Shown piece after piece: positions 1 through 63,742 of a stretch of 64,000 nt of DNA (position 1 is its first letter; every line of letters starts with the position of its first letter). The translations under genes and the position numbers were made by a program. Location of the stretch: assembly GCA_951406725.2 (NCBI GenBank), contig OX597830.1, forward strand, positions 56,854,001 to 56,918,000, written 5' to 3'. This stretch comes from Octopus vulgaris. Lineage: Eukaryota. The notes beneath the pieces are model-generated. The model was given only the letters and a program-made list of their open reading frames with translations. It made no database searches and was not told the origin of the DNA.

Positions 1-790
1 TTCTAAGCGCGCGTAATTGAAAGTTTTCACTATGATATCATCACGTGCGAAAAAATTCGAAGGGTTTTGAACAATTGAGATACAGATGTCACGCCTGTAT
101 TGAAACCATTGCTAAGCTGCCGTAATTGCTTAATTAAGACTTTGTTTAAATTGAAAGGGGCAAATATGTGACGAGGTTGAAAAAAAATACCCCAGAAAAA
201 AAAATGTACTGCTGGTATTTATATAATTCACTACTATTTTGCTACAATGTCATGAAAAAGAAAAAATTTAGGTATGTAAATCGAATTCGCCACCACCTTT
301 TCCCCGTTCGCGTTTGTGTAAAAAAAATTATTATTTAAGTTTTAAAAATTATTTACTTTGTTCAAAAAATATTAATATTAATTAATTTTCAAGAATTATT
401 TAATTTTATTCTGTAAAATAGTAATTAATTCATTTATCTGTAAATCCGCGAGGTTGTTACTCAGGCACCTAGAATGGTAACCTTCAACTAACACTATCTC
501 CTCCGAGACCCTGCGGCGCAAGTTGACCAAAATTGAGAGTATGGTAGAAGGGTTGCTCTTCCTTCCGTAGAACATAAAATTCAAATCGGACCATGTTAAC
601 ACCAAAAATTATTTACATCAAAAAGATGCTTTTTTCTATGAAAATCCCTATTTTTTACGATTTTTTCACTGCTGTGTCGCCACTTTTCGGTGTATTTCGA
701 CCAGAAAAATGTTCACAAAATTTTTACTTTTCAAAATTACAATTCCAGCGGGTCGAAACAAACCCGAGCAACGCCGGGCGATACTGCTAG
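1..790 (+). mobile_element. 3' end of a non-autonomous Helitron
   Basis: GC hairpin CCCG-agcaacgc-CGGG (763-778), terminal CTAG at 787-790, followed by T in a (TA)n tract. Confidence 0.7.
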
Positions 791-989
791 TATATATATA
801 TATATTATATAGATGGCATTATTACACATAAATGCCACATGCTAGGAGGGACTCTTAAAGTCAAAACTACAAAAATAAATAAACGTATCGTACCGAAACC
901 AACTCTCGAAGCAAGTCATTTAAAAACAGTATTCAGCTGCATATCACACTGTGATTTCGTAATCAGTGCAGTGGTATGCACTTTTCACT

Positions 990-3228
990 CCTCAGGGTCT
1001 TGATGGTCTAGCCTATGAATTTAATAAGAGTATTCCAGACTTCTTCAGGCACCTGCTGGCCAGCGTTTACGCCAATTGGCAGCAGAATGGAAGAATTCCC
1101 AAGTCTGCAAGCCAATGGGTGGTGACGCTGATGAGAAAGGACCCGAGCAAGGGGGATGAGATTAGTAACTTCTGGACCAAAACTCTGCTAAACACAGAGT
1201 TAAAGATTTTGGCCAAGGCATTAGCAAAAAGGTTGGCGCGGGTTATGGACAGACTTGTAGGGAGGGCGCAAACTTGTGCCATCTCGGGCAGGTCAATCCG
1301 CAACTATCTCCATCTTCTACGCTACACCTTAGAGAGGGTAAGGAACATTTTTGGCACAGGAGGGGCACTGGTACATTTAGACCAATCTAAAATGTTTGAT
1401 AGGGTCAACCATCAGTACTTGGCGGCAGTCCTCAAAAAGGCTGGCCTAGGCCCGACCATCCGTGGTTGGATTGCTGCTTTGTACAGTGACATCGAGTCTG
1501 CAGTCAAAGTAAATAGATTCTTCTCGAAACCATTCAGGATCGAATGCTCAGTTTGTCCGGGGTGTTCCCTGTCTCCGCTTTTGTATGTACTGGCTCTTGA
1601 GCAATTGCTGCAGAAGTTGGAAGCACTAGGAGGTGCACCAAATGATCTCTGGTGCAGAGGTGGAGCTACGGCATATGTGGATGATATCTCCATCATTGTG
1701 GTGTATGAGAGCCAGCTTCCAGTGGTGGAAGAGGCCATCAAAAGTTATGAAGTGATGGCAGGAACAAAGGTTAACAAGGACAAGTCGGTCGGTTTGCAAC
1801 TTGGCACTTGGAGAGGCAAGCTGATGACGTCCAATAACGTTAGAGGGTGTTGGATGGAAGGTCCTGTTAAGCTGCTTGGGTCTGGTTTGAACCAAACCGC
1901 CAGATAGAGAAAAATTCGAGTGAGGTAGCCAGTAAAGTGACTGCTATAACCCAGACCTCATCTGGGCAGGCGTTATCCTTGCTAGGGAAGGCAGAGGTAG
2001 TGCAGATGTTTATAGCATCTGTTATCACCTACCGTCTGACCATGGTGCCTTGCTCTGATTTGTGGCTGAACAAGCTGGAGAGAATTCTTTTCCACTTTCT
2101 GTGGAAAGGAGAAAAGCCTCTTGTGAAGCACTGTCTGTTGCCAGAAGCCACTAAAGGGTGGGCTAGGGATACCTTGGCTGAGGATGCGAAAATTTGCGTT
2201 AAGGCTGAGGCACCTCTGGCTTTACCTGGATGGAGAACAGGTGTGGTCACTGCATGTCTGGTTCTACCTTCCGAGGTTAACGTCCTTAACGGACATTGGT
2301 ACATGGATCAAGCAGAGACCTAGGCTGGAGGATTGGTAACTGGAGTGCCGACAAGCACTTTAGCTACTCTCTCGGGTGGGCAATGCCGGCAACAGAAGTT
2401 CCACCGTGGATTTTTATAGCAAGTTAGTGGGATTCATGTCTGAAGACATCTTGGGGAAGACCCTGGGCTATGATGAAAATCAGTAGATCAACCTGTTCAG
2501 GAGGATAATTACCAGAAATCCCTAGCTTGGCAGTGCTTCTGTGTAGTGTTACCAGTTTGTGATAAGCAGTCAAGGCATGGAAGTGTTGTCTTGCCGTCAT
2601 GTCCGAGGTGTGGGCAGGACAGGGAAACCATCTTGCACGCATTCGTGGGATGTCCGGAATTATCGGGATTGATAGTTTTCAAAGAACAACTGTTGTCATC
2701 GATGGGAAGAGTACAACTATCAGCTGAGTCCATCATCGAGATTGTGCCGCCTTCTTCCCTTAGCGGGGAAAGGAAGGCCTGTTTTTACTGTGTGGTAGCC
2801 AATTTAAAAGAAACAGTATGGAAGACACATGTGAATGGGATTGTGACGGGTACCTTTGTATCTGGCCAGGGGTTGGTCAACTTTTTTAGTTACCACCTCA
2901 GCAGCAAGGTCAGGCTGGAGAAGCAGTACCTGTCATGTGAAAAATTTAAGAAGAGATGGAAGCCTGTGGTAAGAAAGCTGGGAGTGATTGGCACCAAGTA
3001 AGTGGAGCCCTAGAAGAAAAGCAAAGGCCCTACTCTGATGTCAGACGCCTTCCCTTCGGTGTCACATTGCATAACGCAATGTATTTTATTTTATTTATAA
3101 TCTTTCACTTTTTTCATTTTTTTAATCGATTCATAACAATGCTTTAAGCAACTTCACCATTCTATGTTTGTCTGTCCTTGTTTGTCCCCTCTGTATTATG
3201 CCTACATGGCAAATTTATTGAAATAAAG
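990..3228 (+). mobile_element. 5'-truncated, decayed L1/Tx1-clade LINE (RT, C-terminal zinc finger, 3' UTR)
   Basis: ORFs 966-1907 (LLNTELKILAKALAKRL, LDQSKMFDRV, GCSLSPLLY, AYVDD), 1937-2323 and 2546-3001 (CPRC...ETILHAFVGC); frameshifts and stops. Confidence 0.9.
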
Positions 3229-3229
3229 T

Positions 3230-3603
3230 AGCTTGCTTACCAACCACATGGTTCTGGGTTCATTCCCACTGTGTCACACTATGGGCAAGTGTCTTCTACT
3301 ATAGCCTTGGGCCGACCAAAGCCTTGTGAATTTGATTTGGTAGATGGAAACTGAAAGAAGCCCGTCGTATATATGTATATATATATGTATGTGCGTGTAT
3401 ATGTTTGTTCCCCCAACATCGCTTGACAACCGATGCTGGTGTGTTTACGCCCCCGTAACTTAGCAGTTTGGCAAAAGAGACCGATAGAGTAAGCACTAGG
3501 CTTACAAAGAATAAGTCCTGGGGTCAATTTGCTCGACTAAAGGCAGTGCTCCAGCATGGCCACAGTCAGATGACTGAAACAAGTAAAAGAGTAAAAGAGA
3601 GTA
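3230..3603 (+). mobile_element. tRNA-derived SINE with CORE-like segment and CR1/L2-type tail
   Basis: B-box-like GGTTCATTCCC, GGGCAAGTGTCTT segment, internal (TA/TG)n, tail CCAGCATGGCCACAGTCAGATGACTGAAAC(AAGTAAAAGAG)n; a related partial copy lies on minus at ~58441-58680. Confidence 0.75.
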
Positions 3604-3861
3604 TTCTTAGTGGTTAAGTAAAGTAGTAAAACCTCTTTGATGAAGTGTAAGCAAATGTTGAAGTTGGTCAAATATCTTTTCTGATAACAAAGATAAAAGC
3701 AAGAAGCTTAAACTTATGAACTCTGTTTCACATTATAGTTTAAAGTATGTGTCAACTAAGAACACATGCTTGTAAGTTTACCTTATAGCTTTTTATATAT
3801 TATGTAAATATACTTACGACCATTTATGATGGGATCAGATTTTAAAAGGATTAATACTTAC

Positions 3862-3879
3862 CAAGTCTCTGACTAAAAT
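3862..3879 (-). CDS. Possible TRPM 18-nt microexon (ILVRDL) after S2
   Basis: tttttgattctcgcag|ATTTTAGTCAGAGACTTG|gtaagt: good acceptor, consensus donor, phase 0; no homology support beyond plausibility. Confidence 0.4.
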
Positions 3880-4470
3880 CTGCGAGAATCAAAAAGTAAA
3901 TACTGTTAGTTAAAACATTAAATCCATGCAATCATTTTCAGAGAGTAAGAAGCAGAAGGTGCCAAAATGTAGGCTAATCCTTTAATCGAGGGAGTACCCT
4001 GTCTAATATGTACTTGGTTAATATGGAGAGGTAGGCCTAAAACCAGTATAGGTGCTGAAGTTTCATCAAACAATGCATCAAAAATTGCTGAGTGAGATAT
4101 AAAACTAAATAATGAAAGCCTTTTGATAAGGCTACCTGATTGCAAAACACTCTGAGAAATGTTACATATGGCTGTTTTACAAACGGACTTCTCAAACAAC
4201 TTTCTGAAAATATATAATTAGGTTGACATGTATTGCATTGTGACTAACAGACCACTTTGAAAACGATAAATTTTTGTTTATGTTAAAATTAATTTTATTT
4301 ACATAAAGATTGAATCCCAATTTGTATGAGATATACATAGATTAGCAGGCATACATTACTCCTAATAAACTTCCTTTACCATCATTCATTCCTACCATTT
4401 ATCCATGTCTACCACTATCAATTACTTTCTCACACTTTCTACCGAACTCTCTTTCTGCCATCACACATTG

Positions 4471-4471
4471 C

Positions 4472-4535
<64 letters not shown>
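4471..4535. repeat. (CT)n microsatellite
   Basis: Seen directly. Confidence 0.95.
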
Positions 4536-4539
<4 letters not shown>

Positions 4540-6477
4540 ATCTTGGTTCTTCTTCTACCATTGCTGTCACTTCCATTCATCTTCTCAGCCATGTAGTGTT
4601 CAGTAAATGAATACTTTCTAGAGTAGTTGATGAATGGACAGAGATATGGAGTTGAGAGGACTCTTTACCCTTCTTCTGGTTGTAACTATCTCTGTAGTTG
4701 TGGTGCCAGGATAAAATGCTTCCCGTACTCACTGAAAAGTAGTTGCTGTTAGGAAGGATGTTCAACTGTGGAAACCAAACCAAAAATAGAGCATATAAGC
4801 AAGATGTGGTCCTTCACCTCTCTCAATAAGTAGTATCTTGAAATAAGAGTTAATGTGGACAGCGATCAGTTCAACCTATGCTAGCATGGAAAGTGAACAT
4901 AAAATTTTGTCTGTGTGTGCTTGGGTGGCGATTTTACTCAATATACAGTGACATACATTATTTTCTCTCTCTTTTACCCTCATATATCTTTATTACTAGC
5001 TTTCAGTCCACTCTCTCTCTTTTTCTCTCATTTACTCACACCTACATTACTCTTCTATAACATCAAGTGTTTTTACACTTCCATTTCTCTTTCTGTATCA
5101 CTTTGTTTCCTCACTCACTTCCACTTGCCCATCACATCACTTATGCTGCTTTTCCATTTTACCTCTTTACCAACAACCTCTATGTACTGCATCTACCAGC
5201 ATATAACATGCACTCTCTCATAAGACACACCCCTACTTTACAAGTATATTTTCATAAAAAACAAACAAATTCTGTATGTTTCATCATACGCTTACAGAAA
5301 GATTTTTTAAAGTGGTTTTGTTTGGGGAAAACTGTATGATTCTGTGCTTATGAATACAATGCTGTGACAGTTTACTAGACTATGGTATGAAACCATAAGT
5401 TTATCATATATGAACTACGCTATATGAATACCATATTTGCACTCCACCTTCTTTCGTATCAACTGTGTAGTTGTTTTCATTTTGGTCAAGAGAACTGCCG
5501 TACAGAATTACCAGACATATGAAACTTGTATTTTAGGTTATGGTGATTTTTGTTACCATGATTGGTGACCACTATAGATTTGTTTCCATCCACTCACTGT
5601 AAATAGCTGACCAGTGGAACAAAGGTTAATATTCCTTTCAACTTTCTTCGAGAAGTTTCATTTAGATAATAAAAAAAATGTTCCTTAAATATAACACAGT
5701 TTTTAAATTATGTAAGACACATGTCAGGTGTGGGTTATGTATTCTTGGGAAAGAGGTATAATGAGATGGTGAGACCTCCTGTCAGCAATTATTCGTAACT
5801 TTGTGCTAACACACTATGATAATTTGGCTTGTTTCCAATATTATATTATTGGCAACAATTATTGTGCTTACTGAATTTATGCTTATCCAGTTCCCCACAC
5901 TACAACACTTGGTCTTCCATCTGTAATATGGCCATATAAGATGCAGGGCATCTTTTGATATGTTTAAAATAAAACAAAAGATCTTATATGCTGGAAAATA
6001 TGGTAACTCAAAATAAGAACTGATTTAGGCCATGATGGCCTGTCCAACATAAGCCAGCATAGTAAGCAATGCAAAATGATCATGATGACTGAAGCCATTC
6101 CCTCTCCTTGTCAGGCTTTAGACTTCAGGGTTGCCACTATTTAAAGTCAGTACAATAACAGGTAGGTGTAGTGAGATTGGGGATGCTGAATACTAACAAG
6201 CAGATGTAGGCTGGAATTCAAAAATCAAGATGGACAGAATTCTTAGTCAGATACCTCATAAATAATGAGCAAAAGTTTAGATTTTTCTGAGTGACTGAAA
6301 TTGGAAAACATTTAACATAGATACGGATAGATAAGATAACTGAGGTGATCAGAGAGTATGATAAAATAAGTAAAGTTAAATTAATTATATACAAAACAAT
6401 AATAATAATACCTCACTCAGGACTGACAGATAAACAGGGTACATTTTAGAAGACTCTCCAACAGACTACTAAGAAAT

Positions 6478-6815
6478 GCCGAGGACCAGATTCTGACAGA
6501 TGGTAATATTAATGGTAATGCTGAGCAAAGCTACTGTGGACCAAATTATCATAGCTGATAATTTTAGTGAACATGTTGGGCAATACAGCTGAGGAGCAGA
6601 TTATTGCAACTGGTGATTTTAATGGAGAAGTGGGGTAATAATGCTGAAGACAAGAGTTTCACAGTTGGTGATTTTAATGGACATGTTGGCCAATACTGAT
6701 GAGAACTAGATTTTCACTGCTGGTTATTTTCATGGACATATTGTACAATAAGGCTGAGGACCAGATTATCACTGCTGGTGACTTAAATGGAAATGTTGGG
6801 CAATACTGCTGAGGG
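6478..6815 (+). repeat. ~55-bp minisatellite, ~6 degenerate copies
   Basis: Consensus about GCTGAGGACCAGATTATCACTGCTGGTGATTTTAATGGACATGTTGGGCAATAC. Confidence 0.85.
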
Positions 6816-7249
6816 AGAGATGAAAGAAGTGTATATTGGTTTGGACATGTGATGCGTATGAATGAAAACAGCTGATCACCGAGAGTGGATGGTACCCGTG
6901 AAATGAAGTGATATCTTGAGGGTATTCCACTTTGCCATCACTAGACTCACCCTGGCTCTTCTCAACCATCCCATTTATATTCTGGTCCCTGTTCCTTGTG
7001 AGTCTTCCCTGGCACTTCACCACCATCTCTTTCCTGCTCTTTTCTACTCTCCCACTTTCTCTTGCTCTCTTCCACTCTCTCTTCCTCTTGCATTGTCCCT
7101 TGGAGTGGTTAACCATGTATCTCCTCTACAGCAAGACAGCTATTGCTGTCTCTCTGTCACAATCAAACCTTTCACCATCTGACACAAGATCATCTCCTCC
7201 AATGCCACCTCCCCTCTCAAAGGATCTCCACTTGTTCCAAGCTAGAGCA

Positions 7250-7560
7250 TCAGTTTCCCAATCACTTTTGTTCATATCTAGTTTCTTCAGGTTATCCTTG
7301 ACATAGTCTTTATACCTTTTCCACAGCTTATGTTGTGGTCACTTACCAGATTGAGTTCACCATAAAAAAGATGCTTTGGCAATTGCTCATCTTTCTTTCT
7401 AATAACATGTGAAATCCATCTCGTTTGAGCTAAGATAACATCGTGTTCAATTGAGCTACAACATTCATACATCTGGTATCTGGTATGAAACATTCTCACT
7501 TGACTCCCAAGATATGTTTGAGGCTCTTTTGATGAAATCTCTCAGAAATTTTCACATGTT
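7250..7560 (-). mobile_element. Decayed RTE-clade LINE C-terminal fragment
   Basis: RWISHVIRKKDEQLPKHLFYGEL matches the RTE RW-GHV-R...R-PK-L-YG-L motif. Confidence 0.7.
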
Positions 7561-7852
7561 ACTTGTATATATACATATATACACAGAATAGGAAGGGTTC
7601 AGACCACAGATGATCTAAACTAATTGGTAAGCTATATGAGTGTTCCAGCTGATAAGATACTAGGATCCAAATTCACAACAGGTGCAGGAGTTGGTGGTCT
7701 GTAGCCTACTTCCAAGTCAGAGGGTATAAATTAAAGGAAGAGGAAAACGTAATTAAGGCAGGACAAGCTTATAAGATCATTTAAATTATTTTAATTATTA
7801 TAAGCATGAATTGAAGTAAGCAAGAGTAAATAATAATATCATAGATATGTGT

Positions 7853-8075
7853 ATCATCATCATCATCGATTAATGTCCATTTTCCATACTGGCATGGGTT
7901 GGATGGTTTCACTGAGGTCTGGAGAGCCAGTGGCTGCTCCAGGCTCCAATCTGTTCTTTCTACAGCTGGATGCCCTTCCTAATGCCAACTACTCTGAGAG
8001 TGTAGTGGGTGTTTTTTACATGCCCACTGGCACAGGAGCCAGTCATTTTATGTGCCGCCAGCATGAGACCCGGTC
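7853..8075 (-). mobile_element. Short RTE 3'-tail element
   Basis: (CAT)n start and TTTCTACAGCTGGATGCCCTTCC; reverse complement of the RTE 3' end at 17160-17322. Confidence 0.7.
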
Positions 8076-8249
8076 TGGATATACATATATATATTTATAG
8101 TTGAGGTGTGTTCTGTTAAGAATGTATAAGATCTATATGTATCTCATCAGGTGATACTCAGTTGCGATACTCAGTTGCTGTCTCCGTATATACGAGGAAA
8201 CATTTGCAGTGATTAAAAAGCTGCCTAATTGTACTTACTCTTCCTTTTA

Positions 8250-9650
8250 ATTCTTTTACTTTTTATATTTTTTTTGTAGTTTCAGCTCAGAGCTGTGGCC
8301 ATGATGGAGTACTGAGCCTCCTCTAATATGTAGCACTTGGTGAAGAATGGAGTTTAATGTAGCTACCCTCATTTGCACCTCTTACTGTGAGGTAGTTCGT
8401 CTGGGACTCTCAACAGGAAGAGGTCCAACCTTGATTTAAAAACACCTACATCTACTTTGTGCAGGTTCCTCAGGCTCGTTGGGAGAATATTAAAAAGCTG
8501 TGGGCCCCTGAAACCCAGGCTGTTGCAGTAACTGTTCCTGGAGCGTGATGACATTGCTGGGATCTTTGGCACTATGCAGTGTCGACCCATTCTGGCATTA
8601 GTCTAGCTTTCAAATGCCAAACTTTGGCACAATTCCTTCCAGGATCTCCCAGATGTAAATTACTGCATACGTCTCCTGCCTCTGCTCCAGTGAGTAGAGT
8701 CTTAGCTATTTCAGCCTTTCCCAGTAGCTGAGCTGTTGCAAAAATATGATCTTCTATGTGAAGCTTCAAGGTCCGCTGCTAATTTTTACATGGTTGGGTG
8801 ACCATAGTTGTGAGCAGTAATCCAGGCAGCTGAGGACAAATGTCCTCCAGAGGACCATCATGGTTTCCTTATCTCTTGTTCTGAATATTCTCAAGATCCA
8901 GCCATCCAGTCGTCTGTACTTTGTCACCATTCTGGTAATGTGCACTTGAAAAGAGGTATCATCATTCATGTCGATACCCAGGTCCCTCACTGATTTAGGC
9001 TCTGGGATTGTAATGCCCTGTAGATCAATGTACCCTGTAAGTTTTATATTCAGTTTTGGATGCTAGTAGCACAGGGCTTGGAATTTTTCAGCATTGTACT
9101 GCATATTATTATCTTCAGCCCATCTGTAAATTAAGTCCAACTTCTGCTGCAGATGTGCAGCATCGCTGGAGTTCTGTATTTTCTGCGAGAGATTCATATC
9201 AACTGCGTAGCTAGCAAGGGTGGCTATCCAGGCAGTTGAGGGCATATCTAAGAAGGCCACTATGAAAAACAGTGGTCCCAAGACAGTGCCCTGCGGAACA
9301 CCACTCAATATTTGTGTTTTCATTGAGGTGGCTCCATTGGCCAATACTACTTGACTTCTATCTTTCAGAAAGTCATGTAACCACTCTCCAGGTTTTCCAG
9401 CTATGTCAAGATCATGCAGTTTGTAGCATATCATACCATGGTCCACTTTGTCAAAAACTTTTGCAAAAACAAGGTATATTACATCCACATTTGAGTTGTT
9501 GAGTAACTGCCTCAATACCCAGTCATAATGTTGTAAGAGCCAGGTCTGGCAGCTCTTACCTGGTTGAAAGTCATGCTAGGTATCACTCAGCAAGTTATTT
9601 TCCTCAAGGAATGTGATTAGTTTCCCTCTGACTATCCATTCCATGTTGAA
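8250..9650 (-). mobile_element. Decayed CR1/L2-group LINE (RT plus 3' end)
   Basis: DVIYLVFAKVFDKVDH, SGVPQGTVLGPLFF, RDLGI, LDYCSQLWSP, GPQLFNILP; tail CATGGCCACAGCTCTGAGCTGAAAC. Confidence 0.88.
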
Positions 9651-9659
9651 AATCGGATG

Positions 9660-10050
9660 AGATCTCCCTGCATCCTCCATCGTTTGAGTGAAGGCAATGC
9701 CAGCCGTTGGAGATGTTCCTCTTATGCAAGCTTAGACAGGCCCGTGCCCTTTCAAGTGGCCAAGTGCTGAACTTGTTCAAGGTGCTGAATGTCTTTCTGG
9801 AGATATGGGTTTGAGGTATGGATGCAATATTTGAGGATGGGTCGAACTAGAATGATATATACAGGCCAAAAGACGTCCAACTGCACAACAGAAATGGATA
9901 TACAAGAAACATGATGCATTTAATAAAAAGTCAATGATGAAAGCATAAGTGACACCTAAATCAAATAGAAACCAAACATACAGAAGAAAGAAAGGAAATT
10001 CCAATGGAAGTGTTTTATGACATGTTCGACGTGCCAGCACTGAAAGAGTT
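9660..10050 (-). mobile_element. Second CR1-like C-terminal fragment
   Basis: Minus frame reads YIILVRPILKYCIHTSNPYLQKDIQHLEQVQ, like the CR1 LVRP-LEY...P....DI..LE.VQ motif. Confidence 0.65.
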
Positions 10051-11019
10051 TGAGGCTAGAAGGAGCAGTAACAGAAAACAAAAATAGACTGAAAATTTAC
10101 AAATAATTTCTAAGTGGATAAGGTGATGAACTCTCTAGGGAATCAAAATCTCAAAAAGGGAGAGGTGTTGGAGAGAAAAAATATTCCAAATTTTGTTTCT
10201 TACAGAAGTCGAAATCTCAAAGGGAAGATGTGGAGAGACACCCCCAGTATAAATAGATTTGATTCAACAACTTTAAATAGTAGTGGTCTGAATGAGAGAG
10301 AGATAGTAGGCGTTAATCACCGTGAAATCATAAGGTATTATTTGGATAATTTGTTGGAATATTGTTGGTTGGTTCATGTATAGTTCATGAAGAGTTTGTT
10401 GGATTGTTACGTTGTTGCTACCCTGCTTTGTCTTATGTTTATTGTTACTGCACAGTTATAGAGTAAAACAAATATCGGTAAAGTACACCCATACGGCTTT
10501 CATTTAGGAAAAAAAAACCTTGGATTTTTTGTGTGGAATCAGAAACCCTGATCTCCTAATGTTTCGCAAACCCCTTATTTTTGTTTGGGAAAAAGGGTGG
10601 GTGAGAAACTGGACCTCGGAAGTTTCACCTACCCCACTCCACCCCCATTGGAAGTACACTCACATGATTTTCACTAATAAAAAAGATAAACTCAGATTTT
10701 TTGCATGGAATCAAGTACTCTGACCTCCTAATGTGCTGCAGACCTCTTATTTTTGCTTGGAAATGCATGTCTTCTGCATCTAGAGCTCATGCATCACTAC
10801 CATGGAGTATAGTCACTTGTGCACAAGCATTTCTCTCTACATGTCACAATACAATCTTACCTCATCTGTAAATCTCGTTATTTTCAGATCCTTATTTCAA
10901 GCTCTCCGTTGGTCTGCTTCCAGCAGACTGCCCTAAGCTGTAAACTTCTAATTTTTTAAACATTGAATCCAAAGAGGACAAAAGTGGTTTTGATTAAATA
11001 ATTTTGAGACTATATTTAC

Positions 11020-62722
<51,703 letters not shown>

Positions 62723-62864
62723 CTAGAAACCAAATTAATATCTTAGTTGTTATATATATTATGAACATCATTTTCATCTAAGTATAATATGTGATGTATT
62801 TGTTCTGACACAAAAAATATGCAGCAAAGAGGAAGGAGGGAAAGAGAGACAAAGAGAGAGGGGC

Positions 62865-62867
<3 letters not shown>

Positions 62868-62950
<83 letters not shown>

Positions 62951-63001
62951 GAGAGAGAGAGAGAGAAACAGAGAGAGAGAGAGAGAAACAGAGAGAGAGA
63001 G
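62868..63001. repeat. (AG)n microsatellite
   Basis: Seen directly. Confidence 0.95.
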
Positions 63002-63019
63002 ATATAGAGAGAATCAGTA

Positions 63020-63570
63020 TTCGGTTGCACTGGTAGAAGGGGAAAACTGTGAAATTTGGTTTGATGTTACTTGCACATTTCTCTGTGTTCATTTAGAGGA
63101 ATTTGTATTCTGGGAACTGGATCTGCTCTTTATGTAGAATGGTTCTCTGTCTCAAAGTCATACTCGTATGTCCAATATAGCATAGTCCACAACTCGAGCA
63201 GGTTATTACATAAATTAGGTTCTCAGAGGCACAAGTCAAACTGGTTATAATTGTGAACCTCTCTCCTTGTTTGAAAAGAAAATCCGAGCCTTCAAGTAGG
63301 TTGGGACAGGTTCCACAGTTTGGGCGTCCACATTTATTTTACTGTTGGTTTTGTGGTTGTTTTGTAAAGCTTCGTATTTGTTATGCCTCTCTTTAGCGAT
63401 TTGTGTTGCTTTTTGCATTTGATGAGTTTATGTGTTTTCAGGATGTAGTTCATTTTTAGGTCTCTAGCTAGTAAAGGGTGATTTTACGCAATAGTGTTGT
63501 ATGCCTCACTGTTTCTAAGGTTGTGGGTTGATATAAACAGTAATGTTTTGGGATGAAGTGTGGTGTTATG
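63020..63570 (-). mobile_element. Penelope-like element fragment (Cys-rich linker plus GIY-YIG endonuclease)
   Basis: Minus frame: KCGRPNCGTCPNLLEG...LTCASENLIYVITCSSCGLCYIGHTSMTLRQRTILH. Confidence 0.85.
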
Positions 63571-63742
63571 TTTTGTTGACCTGGTTCTTAATTTCTCGAT
63601 CCTGAAAGGATGAAAGTCAAAGTCAACCTTGGCGAAATTTGAACTCAGAACATAAAACGGACGGAAAAATACTGCTAAGCATTTTGTCCAGCATGCTAAC
63701 ATTTCTGCTAGCTTGCCGCCTTCAATATATATATATATATCC

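Noticed and set aside
6478-6815. 55-bp repeat as a CRISPR-like array
   Set aside because: Contiguous degenerate tandem units without spacers; explained by a LINE endonuclease motif.
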